DNA of 63,857 nucleotides, filler included, from Octopus bimaculoides (Eukaryota): assembly GCF_001194135.2 (NCBI RefSeq). It is 10 parts of 9 records of this genome, joined end to end, with 100 filler letters (N's around TTAATTAATTAA, not from the genome) between each part and the next. Parts side by side here need not be neighbours in the genome. Positions count along the whole stretch, not along the records: positions 19,425 to 25,866 come from NC_068993.1; positions 25,967 to 37,955 come from NC_068998.1; positions 38,056 to 45,541 come from NC_068992.1; 7 more parts are not named here. The stretch is one strand, 5' to 3'. The notes beneath the pieces were generated by a model, which saw only the letters and a program-made list of their open reading frames with translations, searched no databases and had not been told where the DNA came from. Shown piece by piece: positions 24,801 through 38,201 of this stretch (positions are counted from its first letter, which is position 1; each line of letters begins with the position of its first letter). The position numbers were made by a program, and so were the translations under genes.

Positions 24801-25524
24801 GATTTTCCTGTCTCTATATAGAATCTTTTTTCGTTTTCTTTCAATAACTTCAAGGTTTATGTTGCTCCAGTCCACTCAGCTGGCCAAAATGAGTTGTAGC
24901 TGTAATTCAAAGGAGCCAACCTTGTTATATTTTGTGTGAAGCTGAATCTCTCTGGGAACTTCGTTAATGATATGCATGTCTGTGCAGTACTCAGTCACTT
25001 GCGAGTTAATTTTATCCTCGTGTGGTAATGAAAAGTAAAAGTGGCATCCAATATTTGCTGCGTCTACCTATCTATGTATCAACTTTTCTGTGTCTACTGT
25101 CTCACTTTTTCTCTTTCCCTTCTACTGTGTCCCTCCTCTCTCCCGCTTTTAATTTAACAATATGTGTGTGCATCTATGTATCTACTTTTCTTGCGATGTA
25201 ATAAACATTTAAAAACACAAAACGAACGCCGTCACCATTCACTGGCTCTTTCACTTTCTCTCTGACTCTCTCTCTTTCTCTTTTACTTCCTATCTGTCCT
25301 TCTCTCTCTCGCTTTGCCACTAACTTCTATGAAGTAAGTGTGACACATACGACAGGTACGGACAAAAAGAACAAATTGGCATATCAATATTATTGATTAT
25401 TGATGTATCAGCGAGAGACCGAGAAGAAATTGTTTTGCGGAGTCTTAATTTCTGCTTCATAATGGTTTCAGACTTGATCTATCTTCCTAACAACTCGCTG
25501 TCACACGTCCATGTTGTTTGGTAT

Positions 25525-25528
25525 TCGC

Positions 25529-25571
<43 letters not shown>

Positions 25572-25866
25572 TGGTTTTATTTTTATAACGTGTTTTCACT
25601 TCACTACTGAGCGCAGCTCTGTGTGCCTTGGGTATGTGCTGTGATTTGCTGTGATGCTCTGATGGTTACTGTATTGAAAGTGTTTTGCGTAGGATGTGTG
25701 CAGTACCAGTTTATTATTATTATTATTCAGTAGTTTTATTTTTATAACGTGCTTTCACTTCACTACCGAGCGCAGCTCTGTGCGCCTTGGGTATGTGCTG
25801 TGGTTTGCTGTGGTGCTCTTATGTTTACTGTATTGAAAGTGTTTTGCGTAGAATGTGTGCAGTACC
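25525..25866 (-). mobile_element. Two head-to-tail R4/Dong-like 3' tails, each ending in (TAA)n
   Basis: Both units are reverse complements of 19675-19830 (TAHILRKTLSIQ* plus 3' UTR), separated by (ATT)n. Confidence 0.85.
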
Positions 25867-25966
25867 NNNNNNNNNNNNNNNNNNNNNNNNNNNNNNNNNN
25901 NNNNNNNNNNTTAATTAATTAANNNNNNNNNNNNNNNNNNNNNNNNNNNNNNNNNNNNNNNNNNNN

Positions 25967-26018
<52 letters not shown>

Positions 26019-26329
26019 ATATGAATGTACGTACATATGTATGTGTATGTATATGCGCTCAATATTAGGTTTTATATTGATATATAGACTGTATGTGTAT
26101 GTATGTAGATACACATACATACACACACACATACACTCACACGCACACACATATATGCATGTATGGAATAAGTGTCTCTTTGTATAAGTATTTGTGCATG
26201 AGATTATTAGCTCAAGTATATTTCCATACCCAACACACATCTGTATCCTTTCTGTATTCCATCTTCGTTTTTATTTACTGATTGCTTTTTGAAACTTTAT
26301 TTATTTCTTCCTTCTTTTCTTTCTGTCTT

Positions 26330-26445
26330 TCTCTCATTCTTTCTTTCTTTCTTTCTTTCTTTCCTTCTTTCTTTCTTTCTTTCTTTCTTCCTTCCTTCCT
26401 TCTTTTCTTTCTTTCTTTCTTTCTTCCTTCCTTCCTTCCTTCTTT

Positions 26446-26492
<47 letters not shown>

Positions 26493-26495
26493 CTA
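26330..26495. repeat. (TTTC/TTCC)n microsatellite; representative of dozens of simple repeats ((TA)n, (CA)n, (GATA)n, (AAT)n, (TAG)n, (TTC)n) across the window
   Basis: Directly visible. Confidence 0.95.
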
Positions 26496-26682
26496 TCTAG
26501 TTATTTATTTTTATTATTTTTCAGGTATACTTTCATCATTTCTTTCCCAGAGACATACGAAGACATTGCAAATAACTGTGCTTTTAAGAATTCCTAATAG
26601 CATTTTTTTGTCAATAATGAAAGTATATATCTATACATACATGTACACGTACATACACACACACACGCACATACGTTTATAA

Positions 26683-26729
<47 letters not shown>

Positions 26730-26943
26730 AATTTATACATACGAATATATAAACACTCTCACACATGTATATACATATGTGCATATATATAGGTTATATA
26801 TGTCTCCACACATGCATATATACCAAGATAGATAGATAAATAGATGGATAGATAGATAAATAGATGTGTATATATTAATATATGCCTGTGTGTGCGTGTA
26901 ACCATGTGTGTATGTATATATCTATATCTATGTCTACATGTCA

Positions 26944-26976
<33 letters not shown>

Positions 26977-27509
26977 TACAAACATTTGCACACGCACACG
27001 CACACACACACATATTCACTCAGAAACAGACGATATCTTTGATGTTTATTGATGTGTCGCTAGCCAATATCAAACAAGCAACCAACCAAATATAAAAAAA
27101 AACCCTCCCCCGCAACCAAGCCGCCACCCTCTGAGTGGTTCGATCTTCAATCATCCGGCATGGTACATATTCGAGATCTAATTCAGTTTCGTCGGCACCA
27201 AATGTTGTTCCAAAACACAGAAATTCATTCCTTTCACTCAACATGCAGACAGATGTTCCAGTATCATTAATGAGGAATTTTCAGGAGACTCAGAGTCTGA
27301 AAAAGAGAAAAATAGAACTTTATTCTCTCGTCTACGAATGTTTTAATACATTTTATTTATGATATTCACTTACATAATCAACATCACACATATGATGGAC
27401 GTAAGTGGAATGTTTTCAATTTAACCTTTCCCTGTCGGAAATTGAGGCAATTCTTATTCTTTGGCCGCTTGCCATCAAAACATGTGAAGCTATTTATTTT
27501 TTCCCTCAG

Positions 27510-27596
27510 CGTCACCGAGAGCGGTGCTTAATTTTCGCAATGGGGAAAATATAGCGTCAGCGTTGTCTAAAAGACAAGTTCATAATTTATTCAAAG
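27510..27596 (+). CDS. Candidate 87-nt symmetric (phase 1-1) coding exon, product unknown
   Basis: Acceptor tatttattttttccctcag|, donor CAAAG|GTGGGT; only one open frame: SPRAVLNFRNGENIASALSKRQVHNLFK. No homology recognised. Confidence 0.4.
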
Positions 27597-27641
27597 GTGG
27601 GTTTTTGTGGCATGTGCCTTCAACATGAAATAAGCGCACAA

Positions 27642-27680
<39 letters not shown>

Positions 27681-29029
27681 GTCTTTTTATATAGAACTGT
27701 ATGTTCATTTCCTTTCTATTTATCTATATACACACATATATATGTGGAGGTGATTGTGACGGTGCGAGAAGTACAGCTGTGACCGAATACTTAAGAAATT
27801 CGCATCACAATTATGTGATACTTGATGAGATCCTACAACGTATCTTCACGTCATATGGACTTTATCTGAACTTCAAAATGCCGGCCTTTCCCAACTGATC
27901 CACGCCGATTTTACACGAGGGCTGCGTATAGTGTACATCCGTCCGTGGAATGCTGAGGCATATTTACTAGTTAATGCAATTAGTATGTCGTACAGTTGAC
28001 AATTCAAATAGAATATTCATCGTCGAAATCGACGAAGATCCACTTGTGTGTTAGTGCGTTGTATGTTTATAAATCGTTGTAAAGCAGTAAAGTACCGTCT
28101 TGCGTTAGATTCGTTTGCGTCAAATGCAGGTTAATCCATTCAATAAACAAGGATCAATAAATTATGAGTTTCACTAAGTACTGAGATCGATATAATCTGG
28201 GGGATGTGTTCCAGCATGACCGCAGCCTAATGAATGAAACCAGTTAAAAGAAAGAATTGAAATATCGAACAATAGTGTGATATTAAAATATAAAGAATAG
28301 TTATTGATTGTGTGATGTTGATGATTTTTCTTGAGTGTTTTATCTACTTAAGTGGCGACGAAATGACTACGATTCAAAAATAAGACTCATTACTTATTCC
28401 TTTTCATCTTAAAAATAAAATACTTTTTTTTTTTAATGGCATAGAATAAGGGAAAACTCTGTGGTTAAGAGATATAGGCTAAGATATATCGGACTCTGAC
28501 GATGATTGACCCTTAGATACGTGTAGCAGAGGCTCACCGTTGTCTCATTATACCGTGAGGTCCTGCGAGTTAGTCCCCCACCCCTGTCTAAAAGCTTAAC
28601 ACGCTTTGTACCTTAAGGATACGCTCATGAGAGTAGGAGACGAGTAGAGAAAATCAATCGAAAATAAACAACAGCTGCATCGTCGTTCCCAAATTGAAAG
28701 TCATGTATCATCAAAAAACTATGTAACACAGGTATGGATAAATTTGTGTGGTAATGGAGGACAAGGTACTCCAGAATGTTTGGCAACTGGACATGTATCA
28801 CATATGCTCATCATCTATGTATGCATCTGATGTGAAGTGATCTAATCCACTTCCCAAAAGGTTAAATATGCTCTGTGATTCAGTAATAAAGTTGAGAGTG
28901 TAGGAAACTAGCAATGTAAAGTGTTGGAAAGCCAGTTGAAAGTAAAAGGGAAACTACAATTGTATCTTTCTCAAGTAAAAACATGTCATGTCACACTTTA
29001 TAAAATGCAGATGATGAAGGTGACGATCT

Positions 29030-29200
29030 GGTAGAACCTTTAGCACACCGGAAAATTGTTAAGCGGCGTTTCGTCCGTCTTTATGATCTGAGTTCAGATT
29101 CAGCCGAGGTCAGTCATTCTGTTCAACTTTTCAAGGTCGATAAAGTAAGTACCCCTTGAGTACTGGGGACGATATAATCGATTAATACCCTTCCACAAAT
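29030..29200 (+). mobile_element. Partial SINE family B
   Basis: ggcgtttcgtccgtctttatgatctgagttcagattcagccgaggtc...aaggtcgataaagtaagtacc. Confidence 0.6.
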
Positions 29201-30180
29201 TTACAGTCTTTTTACCTATAGTAGAAAGGACATAAATCAGACAACAATAGCTTTGTGTGTGGAACAAGAGGACACGGGGCTCTATAATTGCCGATGCTTG
29301 CGGACATGAATAAATAACCAACAGGGAAAGCCATGACACTTTTCAGCTCTGCTAAAACTGGTGGCTGAAAGAGGTGACGTAGCCGCTTGAGCGGAGGCCA
29401 TTGCTGGAATTTTCTCAACAGAATATGCTCTACTAAATGTATAGTCCAGGTTGTGGTGGGTAAACAGAGTGGAAGTTTAATTCTAGCCCCCAAACCTAAG
29501 AACAAAAACAGATTTCTTCCAGAGTCCTCGTCAACCAAAAGTAGATTGACATAACTTTGACGGACCCGATGCTATACTCCAATGGTGCTCAACCGAGGAT
29601 CCATATAAGATATTGTTGTTGAAATATATGAGCAATAAATTGTTAGGCTTCTATAATGCACAAAAGATTTTAGCAATATTTTTATACAATTCTTCATAAT
29701 ATTTAATTATAAAAATATAAAAGGAATATTTTAAATATCGGATGACTATGCGGATCCAGCTAAATAAAATATGTATAAAAGAGGTCCGTAGGTAGAAAAA
29801 TGGTTGAGAACCACAGCAGCAGTCGCGTACTCTTTCCAAAGATGTCGAACAATGGGATCGAACGCGATAATTGCCTACTTACAAAGTGAACTCCTCAACC
29901 ATTCACGCAAGTGAACATTCATGAACTTGGCGCCCACGCAAGATGTCCTGTTTACAGCATGATGAGGTTAACATAGAATGATTCTGTATAATACGTGCAA
30001 TACTGTGTGAAGAATATAATTTAACTGATGTCGTTTATTCTTAATTACTTGTCTGAATTTTGAGAAAACATACATGAAGCTATCAACACTTAGGTCAGTA
30101 AGGAAACAGTCACCGTAAACACTAATAAAAATCTATAGGTAGTTATGCAGATAAATAAACAGATAGATAGATAGGTAAGT

Positions 30181-30217
<37 letters not shown>

Positions 30218-30273
30218 CACAGATAATCTGAGTGAGTCAGACAGATATGTGTATGTGTATGTGTAAGCATGCA

Positions 30274-30309
<36 letters not shown>

Positions 30310-30522
30310 NNNNNNNNNNNNNNNNNNNNNNNNNNNNNNNNNNNNNNNNNNNNNNNNNNNNNNNNNNNNNNNNNNNNNNNNNNNNNNNNNNNNNNNNNNN
30401 NNNNNNNNNNNNNNNNNNNNNNNNNNNNNNNNNNNNNNNNNNNNNNNNNNNNNNNNNNNNNNNNNNNNNNNNNNNNNNNNNNNNNNNNNNNNNNNNNNNN
30501 NNNNNNNNNNNNNNNNNNNNNN

Positions 30523-30574
<52 letters not shown>

Positions 30575-31029
30575 CATGTATGTATGTATATATGTATGTA
30601 AGTGGTTCGGAAGATTAATTTGAAGAAGTGAAAGGTTGTTTTATTTGGGTGAAATTAAACTTCACGATAACTTTGGTAATCCATCTTCGTTCTTTGTAGC
30701 CTACTTCCAAATCACCTAGACTGGCACGTGTCGGGTTTGTTTTTTTTTTACTGCTTTTGTATCGTAGCAACAGAGAATAAAAATGACGGTGCTGCTGGTA
30801 TTGGTGGGAGCGGTGATTTTCGTTAATTTGTTGTTGTTGATGTTGTTGTTGTGTAGCTGTCGATCGATGAGAACTATTTTAGAAGACGTCCTCGTCATAA
30901 CCAATTCCTTTCTGTTCAGAGATTAAACAGACGGAACAACGCCATTGTAAAACTGATTTCAAGTGGATGTCACCGGAAGGAACATGAAAGAGAGGAAGAT
31001 CGTACATAGTGCAGAACTTTCAGGCATGA

Positions 31030-31370
31030 ATATATGGTAGGAAATTTGCTTCACAACCAGATGGATCTGGGTTCAGTCACACTGAGTGCCACCTTGAGCA
31101 AGTGTCTTCAACTATAGCTTGTGAGTGGATTTGTTAGACGGAAACTGAAATAAGCCCGTCGTATATATGTCTATATGTAAGCATGTGTGTGCGTGTGTGA
31201 GTGTATGTGTGTATATCCCCCTTTACCGCTTAACAACTGGTGTTGGTGTGTTTACATCCAGGTAAGACAGCCTGATAGAAAAGTGACACGTTTTTAAAAG
31301 AAATATGTCCTGGGGTCGTTTCTTCAAGGTGATGCCTCAGCATGGCGGCAGTCTAATGACTGAACGAATG
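31030..31370 (+). mobile_element. CORE-type SINE family A (decayed, near full length)
   Basis: caaccagatggatctgggttcagtcacactgagtgccaccttgagcaagtgtctt...gtcctggggtcg...cagcatggcggcagtctaatgactgaa. Confidence 0.7.
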
Positions 31371-34029
31371 AATTATAAAAAATAATAGATAACAAATATG
31401 AGAATGAATGGCCTATGTCTTATGACAGATTGTAATGAAAACCGCAGCCAACAGAAATGAGTGACATTAGCTTGCTTCCCAAAGTGTTCGAGAGTCCGGT
31501 AGGAACTCATATCGATTCTGATACTCCGTCGGTTACGACGATGAGTTTTGGTGGTGGTGGTGGTGGTGATGGTGGTGGATATGATGATAAATTGACTTTT
31601 GCTTGGAGAAGGGTTCCAACGGTGGTCTCCTGTCAACCTCAAATTCCCTGAGATGGTTTCAGTTGCCATGGTTACCTTCTTGGTAACCTTTTCAGTTTCT
31701 TCGTCTTGGAACCGATCTTCGTCAGGAAATAGCGCACCGATCTTGCTGAAGAAACTCTGAGAGCCGATTTCAGTATGGGGTAGTTTGCCATCTTTTGACA
31801 ATAGTCTTATAGACCATGTTATGATATCAGGATTTCTTCAGTTTGCGAGAAATTTCAATTCTGTCCTCCCAGGGTACGGTGAGTTCAGTCACAACCATTG
31901 GTTTTGCGTTCCTGAATAACAAGAACATATCGCATATGCAAGGAAAACAGTGAAATATTGAAAATAGTGTTTATGGTGCTCACAGAAAACATTCACATTA
32001 CATCGTGAAGGACTGCCTGCCGTAAATAAACAATTTCCTTTCTGTAACAATAATGGTTTTATTTTGTAACGCACAGAAGCTGATCTGCAAATCTGCAAAT
32101 CTGCACAAAATTTAGTCTTCTTTCCTTCGTTTTTCTTTTTCTTTTTATTTTTATGCTTCTAAATCTGTAGCTTTCAATACAGCTTCCTTGTTTCCTTCCG
32201 CGTAAGCGTTTTATTTTATTTTCAATTCGCATCAGCGATATTCTTAAGTGTTTTTCCTTGTCAATGATTCGCCCAGTTAATCGATATGAGACGTTTGCTC
32301 TACGTCTCACAGGAATACACCCGTATCGTGGGGGATGATATTTTTCAAAACATTAGCTTTCTTCTCTTGAATATGTATCAGGCGCACACAGATTGCTTTA
32401 ATATGATGTCAAAGTCTTGAATTGAAATAATGTTTAGCAAGTTTAGCATGCAGGTAGAGTTTATAATTGATTTCCTGTGAATGTGAGTATAGTTATGAAC
32501 AGGTGGAGGAGGATGTAGAAGTAGAGGTGGTGGTGGTGGTGGTGGTGATGGTGGCGTTGGTGGAGATGGGATGGGTTTCCACCGTTTGGCAATGAGGATT
32601 CGTCCTAAAATGAATTGAATTACTGCTACAGATTTAATGTGTACCTTTAACAAAATTCTCAGAATGAATCAGTGTGGCACAGTGTCTTACAAGGCTGTAC
32701 TATATGAAATCGATACAAATAACAACCCTTCCGAGAAGCTTCTTACAGTTTCCGTCTTCCTACTTTCAGTCACAAAATATGTGGTAGTACGAGGTTATTG
32801 AAAATCACATTTGTCCAAGACACCAATCAGCGGAATCGAATTTGCTGACGCCACGGTTTGCGAAGCACACTTCTAACCAATTCAGTCTTTCTGCACCTCC
32901 ACCCACTGACCCACCGCCCTCTCTTTCTCACTCTCTCTCATACTTTGTTTATGTATATGGGGGTGTATATACATACATATATACATATATATGTTTGTTT
33001 GTATCTATGTATATATATATCTTTATATATATATATATATATATATCTTTATATATATCTTTATATATATATATTTATCTATGGCTGCGGTTTCTACCCC
33101 GTGGAGCATATTCGTGATCGAAGATGCTGGTCTCGGAGGTGGAAAATAACGATAATTTCATTGAATTTGTGATCTGGATGTCATCTGTATTTGTCTCTAT
33201 TTCTTTTGTCTTCTGTCTTCAGTTTTGTGATTGGCCAAAGTTTAGTTTGTGAATTGCCGGAGAAGTGGAAACAGAGGAAAGATATTTGGTTGTATATGCG
33301 TACGAACATACACAAAATCACAAACACCACACACACACACACACAGACATACACACGCACCATTTACAAACATTGATAGGAACAGATACTCACACATACA
33401 CACACGAACGCAAACACACACACGCACACACACACATACATAAATCCTATTATATAAAGTATAAGATGGCCATGGCTGGACGTTCATTGACCCTAATTCT
33501 GCTCGATCAAAGCCGATCTGAAGATAAAATAACAATATCGACAATACAATGATCACCACCATCATCATCGTCATCATCATCAGCAGCAGCAGAATTAGTG
33601 GTAAGTTTTCCCAATAACAATGTCAACGACCGTAGCAACGTTATGTCGACACCATCACCACCAACAACATCATCACAACCACCACCACCAACAACAACAA
33701 CCCCAACGCCACTGTCATCACCATCACCAGCATCGTCACCATCAGCATCATTATCACTTCCACTGCTGCTACCATCAGCAATAGTTCAATCACCAGCAGA
33801 AGCAGCAAAGTTGTTGACTTTGTGAGTGTATATATATATATATATATATATGCACTCACATATATACGTATTCTAATCAATAGGTAATGGGAGTGCTACT
33901 ATAGTAACCGAAGCTAAAGCAGGCAGAGAGAAGCCTTGAACTCTGCTGTGCATGCGCGCTAAGCTTTAGCCTTCCAGGTCACTTTCAATGTTTACAGTAG
34001 TGCTTGGAAGGAACGTGTGTAGCGTGTGA

Positions 34030-34470
34030 TCGTCGCATTGACAATAACTGAGAAATTTGAGCAGAGAATCTGTATCAAACCTTGTCAAAACTTTGGTCAT
34101 ACCTGCTCAGAACCCTACGCAAAGTTTTCAAAAGGTTTTCATCGTTTATGTGACTATGGAGGAGGTCTTGTGCAACTGAAATCCGAGTGTCCTCGTGGTC
34201 AGCTGAAAGCGGTTTTGACACAAACTTAGCAGACATGCGTCTCATACCCAAATCTTCAGTGATAATGGACTGAACCGTAACTAATCTGCACATCCTCTGA
34301 TAACTCACGGATGGTGATTCGACGATTTGCCGTCACAGTTGCACGCACATCTGCGATGTTTTTCTCGTTCTACTGATTGCGGGTCTCCCAGAACGTTCGT
34401 CAATATCGATATTTTTTCGTCCATCTTGGAAACGCCGCAACAAACTTTCTCATCGATGTCAGGCTCTACC
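34030..34470. mobile_element. Mariner transposase remnant with internal inversion
   Basis: Plus strand 34040-34130 encodes the N-terminus (EKFEQRICIKPCQNFGHTCSEPYAK); minus strand 34460-34130 encodes the following part (RFQDGRKNIDIDERSGRP..NRRITIRELSED..IITEDLGMRRMSAKFVSK..NLLKTL). Confidence 0.75.
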
Positions 34471-35149
34471 AACTGGATCGACTACCGTCTTTTGAAACCA
34501 CCATCACATGAACCGATGTATTTTGAGAACAGAACCACTACTCGTATTGCATAACCATGCCTTTTGAGCAAACAGGTACCTGACTCACACTCATACTTCC
34601 TTTCTCTAGCCAGGATCTATCATTTATATTCAGCCATATTCAATAACAAACTCTCTCAACATCGCTTGAATTTCGTTCAAGATGGCGTTTGCTTGATGAT
34701 GATTAGACACGTGTTTCTGTAGCGAAACGCGTCATCGGTATGTAGCCCCAACTTTTAAATGTAAGCCTACTACCATTTATATAGATGATATCAGCAACCA
34801 TTTTGAACTTACGACATTCGTCAGGAATTAAAGAAAATTAACTTTGTAGCTTGGGTTATATAAAATAATACAGCCGCAAGAAAGAAACCTATATAAACAA
34901 GAAACACACACTTGAAGAAATAACAATGAATCTTAGGCAGAAAGATTTAATCTAAAGTTTAAAATCTAAATATCTAGTTTTTAATGAGATCTACCATTGT
35001 TTGAGTCATCATTCACTTGTCAACTGGAAATTACGAGGACTTTGCTGTTGTTTCCTCTTCATTCGCTTCTTCTTCTTCTTCTTCTTCTTCTTCTTCTTCT
35101 TCTTCTTCTTCTTCTTCTTCTTCTTCTTCTTCTTCTTCTTCTTCTTCTT

Positions 35150-35540
35150 CTAGCACATCGAGCAAAATGCTTCTCGGCGTTTCGTCCGTCTTTTCATTCT
35201 GAGTTCAAATCCCACCATGGTCGACTTTGCCTGTCATGCTTTCGAAGCCGATGAATTAAGTACCAGTGAAACTCCAGGGTCGATGTAATCGACTGGTCAA
35301 AAATTTCAGGCCTTATGCCTATAGTAGTAAACATTTTTATTTGTGCTTGTGAAGGTGGTGCGTTGGTAGAATCGCTAGCACGCAGGACAAAATGCCCAGC
35401 GGCATTTCGTTTATACATTCTGAGTTCAAATTCCGCCTAGGCCGATGTCGCCTCTCATCCTTCCACAGTCGATAAAATAAATACCACTTTAACATTAATG
35501 TAATCGACAAAGCCACTACCCTGAAATTTCTGGTTTTGTA
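35150..35540 (+). mobile_element. Two adjacent partial SINE family B copies after a (TTC)n tract
   Basis: The family B core (ttctgagttcaaat..gtcgactttgcct..tcat..gataa..aagtacc) occurs at ~35195-35270 and ~35415-35490. Confidence 0.65.
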
Positions 35541-36487
35541 TCTAGATTAGAAGAATAATTCCAAGGAGTAGTAGTAGTATTAGCAGCAGTAGCAGCAGAA
35601 ACGGAAGGGAAGAGGAGAATGTGAGAGTAGTAGTAGTAGTAATAGCATTGTTAGTGATGTTATTCCATTCCTTTTTTCGGTTTTGTTTTCATCTTTTTTT
35701 TTCTCTCCGCTCTTTGTGTTTTCTGAAGTCGTATATTTTGAAGCTGCACCGTAAATTGCCCAAACTTGATAAACAAAAACAAAAAGGAACAAATCATTGA
35801 CAATTGAGAGACGCAAACAATTCTATGTAAAAGTTATTATTTGAAACCATAAATATATTAATTGGAATTTTACTATAGATTTTAATTTGTTGTTGTTTGA
35901 TTGTTTGTGTCCTCCTTCTCCACTCCCCCCTTTCTCCCCTTCCTCTCTCTCTCGGCCACTATTATTGCGTTACAACACTCTGACAATGGTGAGATTATGA
36001 TCTGCAAGGGATTGTTAAGCCATCATACTTGAGACACATTGTTGTAGAATCCTCCCCAGATAATACAATGCAAGCTATCATAACAGTGATTCTTTCCAAC
36101 ATCCTCAGGTATTGTAAGGAAAGAACAATTAACATGTTCAGCGGGAATGAAAGTGACAGTTTATTGTTGGCTTATTTTCGACTTTAAGCTCACTTCATGC
36201 AATCTAAATTCTATGAAATAAAGCTAAGTCTTGACTGAGTTATTCACTACATATTTAATGATAACAACGGACAATTCCCAGATAATGAGAATCCTAATGT
36301 TTCCAGCGATAAATCTGAAGTAGAATATTTTATGATGTTTCTCTTTAATTGGTTAGAAATTCATGTCTACTATTTCGTCCGACATATTTTCAAGTCAGGT
36401 TTGATGTAGTGTTGCTAAAAGTAAAATTTAGATTGGGACATTGTGGTTTCTATCACAACTGACGCTGACATCAATGTGGTTATGTAT

Positions 36488-36524
<37 letters not shown>

Positions 36525-37194
36525 NNNNNNNNNNNNNNNNNNNNNNNNNNNNNNNNNNNNNNNNNNNNNNNNNNNNNNNNNNNNNNNNNNNNNNNNNNNN
36601 NNNNNNNNNNNNNNNNNNNNNNNNNNNNNNNNNNNNNNNNNNNNNNNNNNNNNNNNNNNNNNNNNNNNNNNNNNNNNNNNNNNNNNNNNNNNNNNNNNNN
36701 NNNNNNNNNNNNNNNNNNNNNNNNNNNNNNNNNNNNNNNNNNNNNNNNNNNNNNNNNNNNNNNNNNNNNNNNNNNNNNNNNNNNNNNNNNNNNNNNNNNN
36801 NNNNNNNNNNNNNNNNNNNNNNNNNNNNNNNNNNNNNNNNNNNNNNNNNNNNNNNNNNNNNNNNNNNNNNNNNNNNNNNNNNNNNNNNNNNNNNNNNNNN
36901 NNNNNNNNNNNNNNNNNNNNNNNNNNNNNNNNNNNNNNNNNNNNNNNNNNNNNNNNNNNNNNNNNNNNNNNNNNNNNNNNNNNNNNNNNNNNNNNNNNNN
37001 NNNNATATATATATATATATATACATATATGTGTGTGTGTGTGTGTGTGTGTGCGTACAAGGGAAGTATTGAACGTTTATATGTGTGAACCAGCGTTCTT
37101 TCAGTAACAAATTATGATCGATGTCACATCTCAAAAGACAACCATTAGATAACATTGACAAGTCTATTAATTTGATTTATCATCTATACTTATA

Positions 37195-37520
37195 TGTTCT
37201 TTTCTACTCTAGGCACAAGACCTGAAATTTTGGGGGAGGGAGCCAGTCGATTAGATCGACCACAGTACGCAACTCATACTTAATTTATCGACCCCGAAAG
37301 GATGAAAGACAAAGTCGACTACGACGGAATTTGATCACAGCAATTTCGAGAACGGGGGCAAGTCGATTACATTGGCCCCACCGTTGAACTCGTTTTTATT
37401 TTATCGATCCTGAAACGATGAAAGACGAAGTCGACCTCGGTGGAATTTGAACTCAGAATGTAGACGGACGAAATGCTGCTACTTGTTTTGTCCGACATGC
37501 CAACGATCTTATCAACTCGG
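37195..37520 (-). mobile_element. Two adjacent SINE family B copies
   Basis: tttatcgaccccgaaaggatgaaagacaaagtcgac and tttatcgatcctgaaacgatgaaagacgaagtcgacctcgg. Confidence 0.7.
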
Positions 37521-37900
37521 CGCCGGATGTTATGTATATCTTCAATCGATAGCGTATTCTTATCTAACTACCTTTTGCGTAACGCTAAGGGAATTAAACA
37601 CTTAAACAGAGAAAGCTACAAAAGTGAGAGGGATTGCAACTGGATCAGGAAAGGTTTCTAGTCAAGGCCGTCTTAGCTTTGATGGCGATTGCGAAGTGGT
37701 TCCTGGTTTTCTTCTTTATCTTTTCTTCTACTCTCCCCTTCTTCTTCCAGCTCCTTCGTTTGCTCTGTTCTTTGTTCTTGTTCTTTCCATCCTCTTCCTT
37801 TTACTTCTTCCGATTCTTCTTCGTCGTCGTTCGCTCTTCCCGTTCGTCTCTCTGTTTCTTTTCCTCCCCAACTCCGACTTTTTCATCCTCCGTATTCTGA

Positions 37901-37955
<55 letters not shown>

Positions 37956-38125
37956 NNNNNNNNNNNNNNNNNNNNNNNNNNNNNNNNNNNNNNNNNNNNT
38001 TAATTAATTAANNNNNNNNNNNNNNNNNNNNNNNNNNNNNNNNNNNNNNNNNNNNTGAAAGGGTATGTAAACATATGTATGAATGTATGTATATATATAC
38101 AGATATGTATATATGTATATATGTA

Positions 38126-38201
<76 letters not shown>

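Noticed and set aside
29212-29560. 108-aa minus-strand ORF and 55-aa plus-strand frame in unique sequence
   Set aside because: No recognisable motif, non-ATG start, no splice support.
32390-32452. Plus-strand segment with acceptor and CAG|GTAGAG donor
   Set aside because: Stop codons in all three frames.
33440-33525. Minus-strand acceptor plus open frame IGFDRAELGSMNVQPWPSY
   Set aside because: The donor is supplied only by a microsatellite, and the sequence looks like a dispersed repeat fragment.
34695-34745. CCGATGA...GAAACACGTGTC (minus) and GAAACGCGTC (plus) hammerhead-like strings
   Set aside because: Stem II does not close next to GAAA, stem I has at most 2 bp, and the plus strand lacks CUGA.
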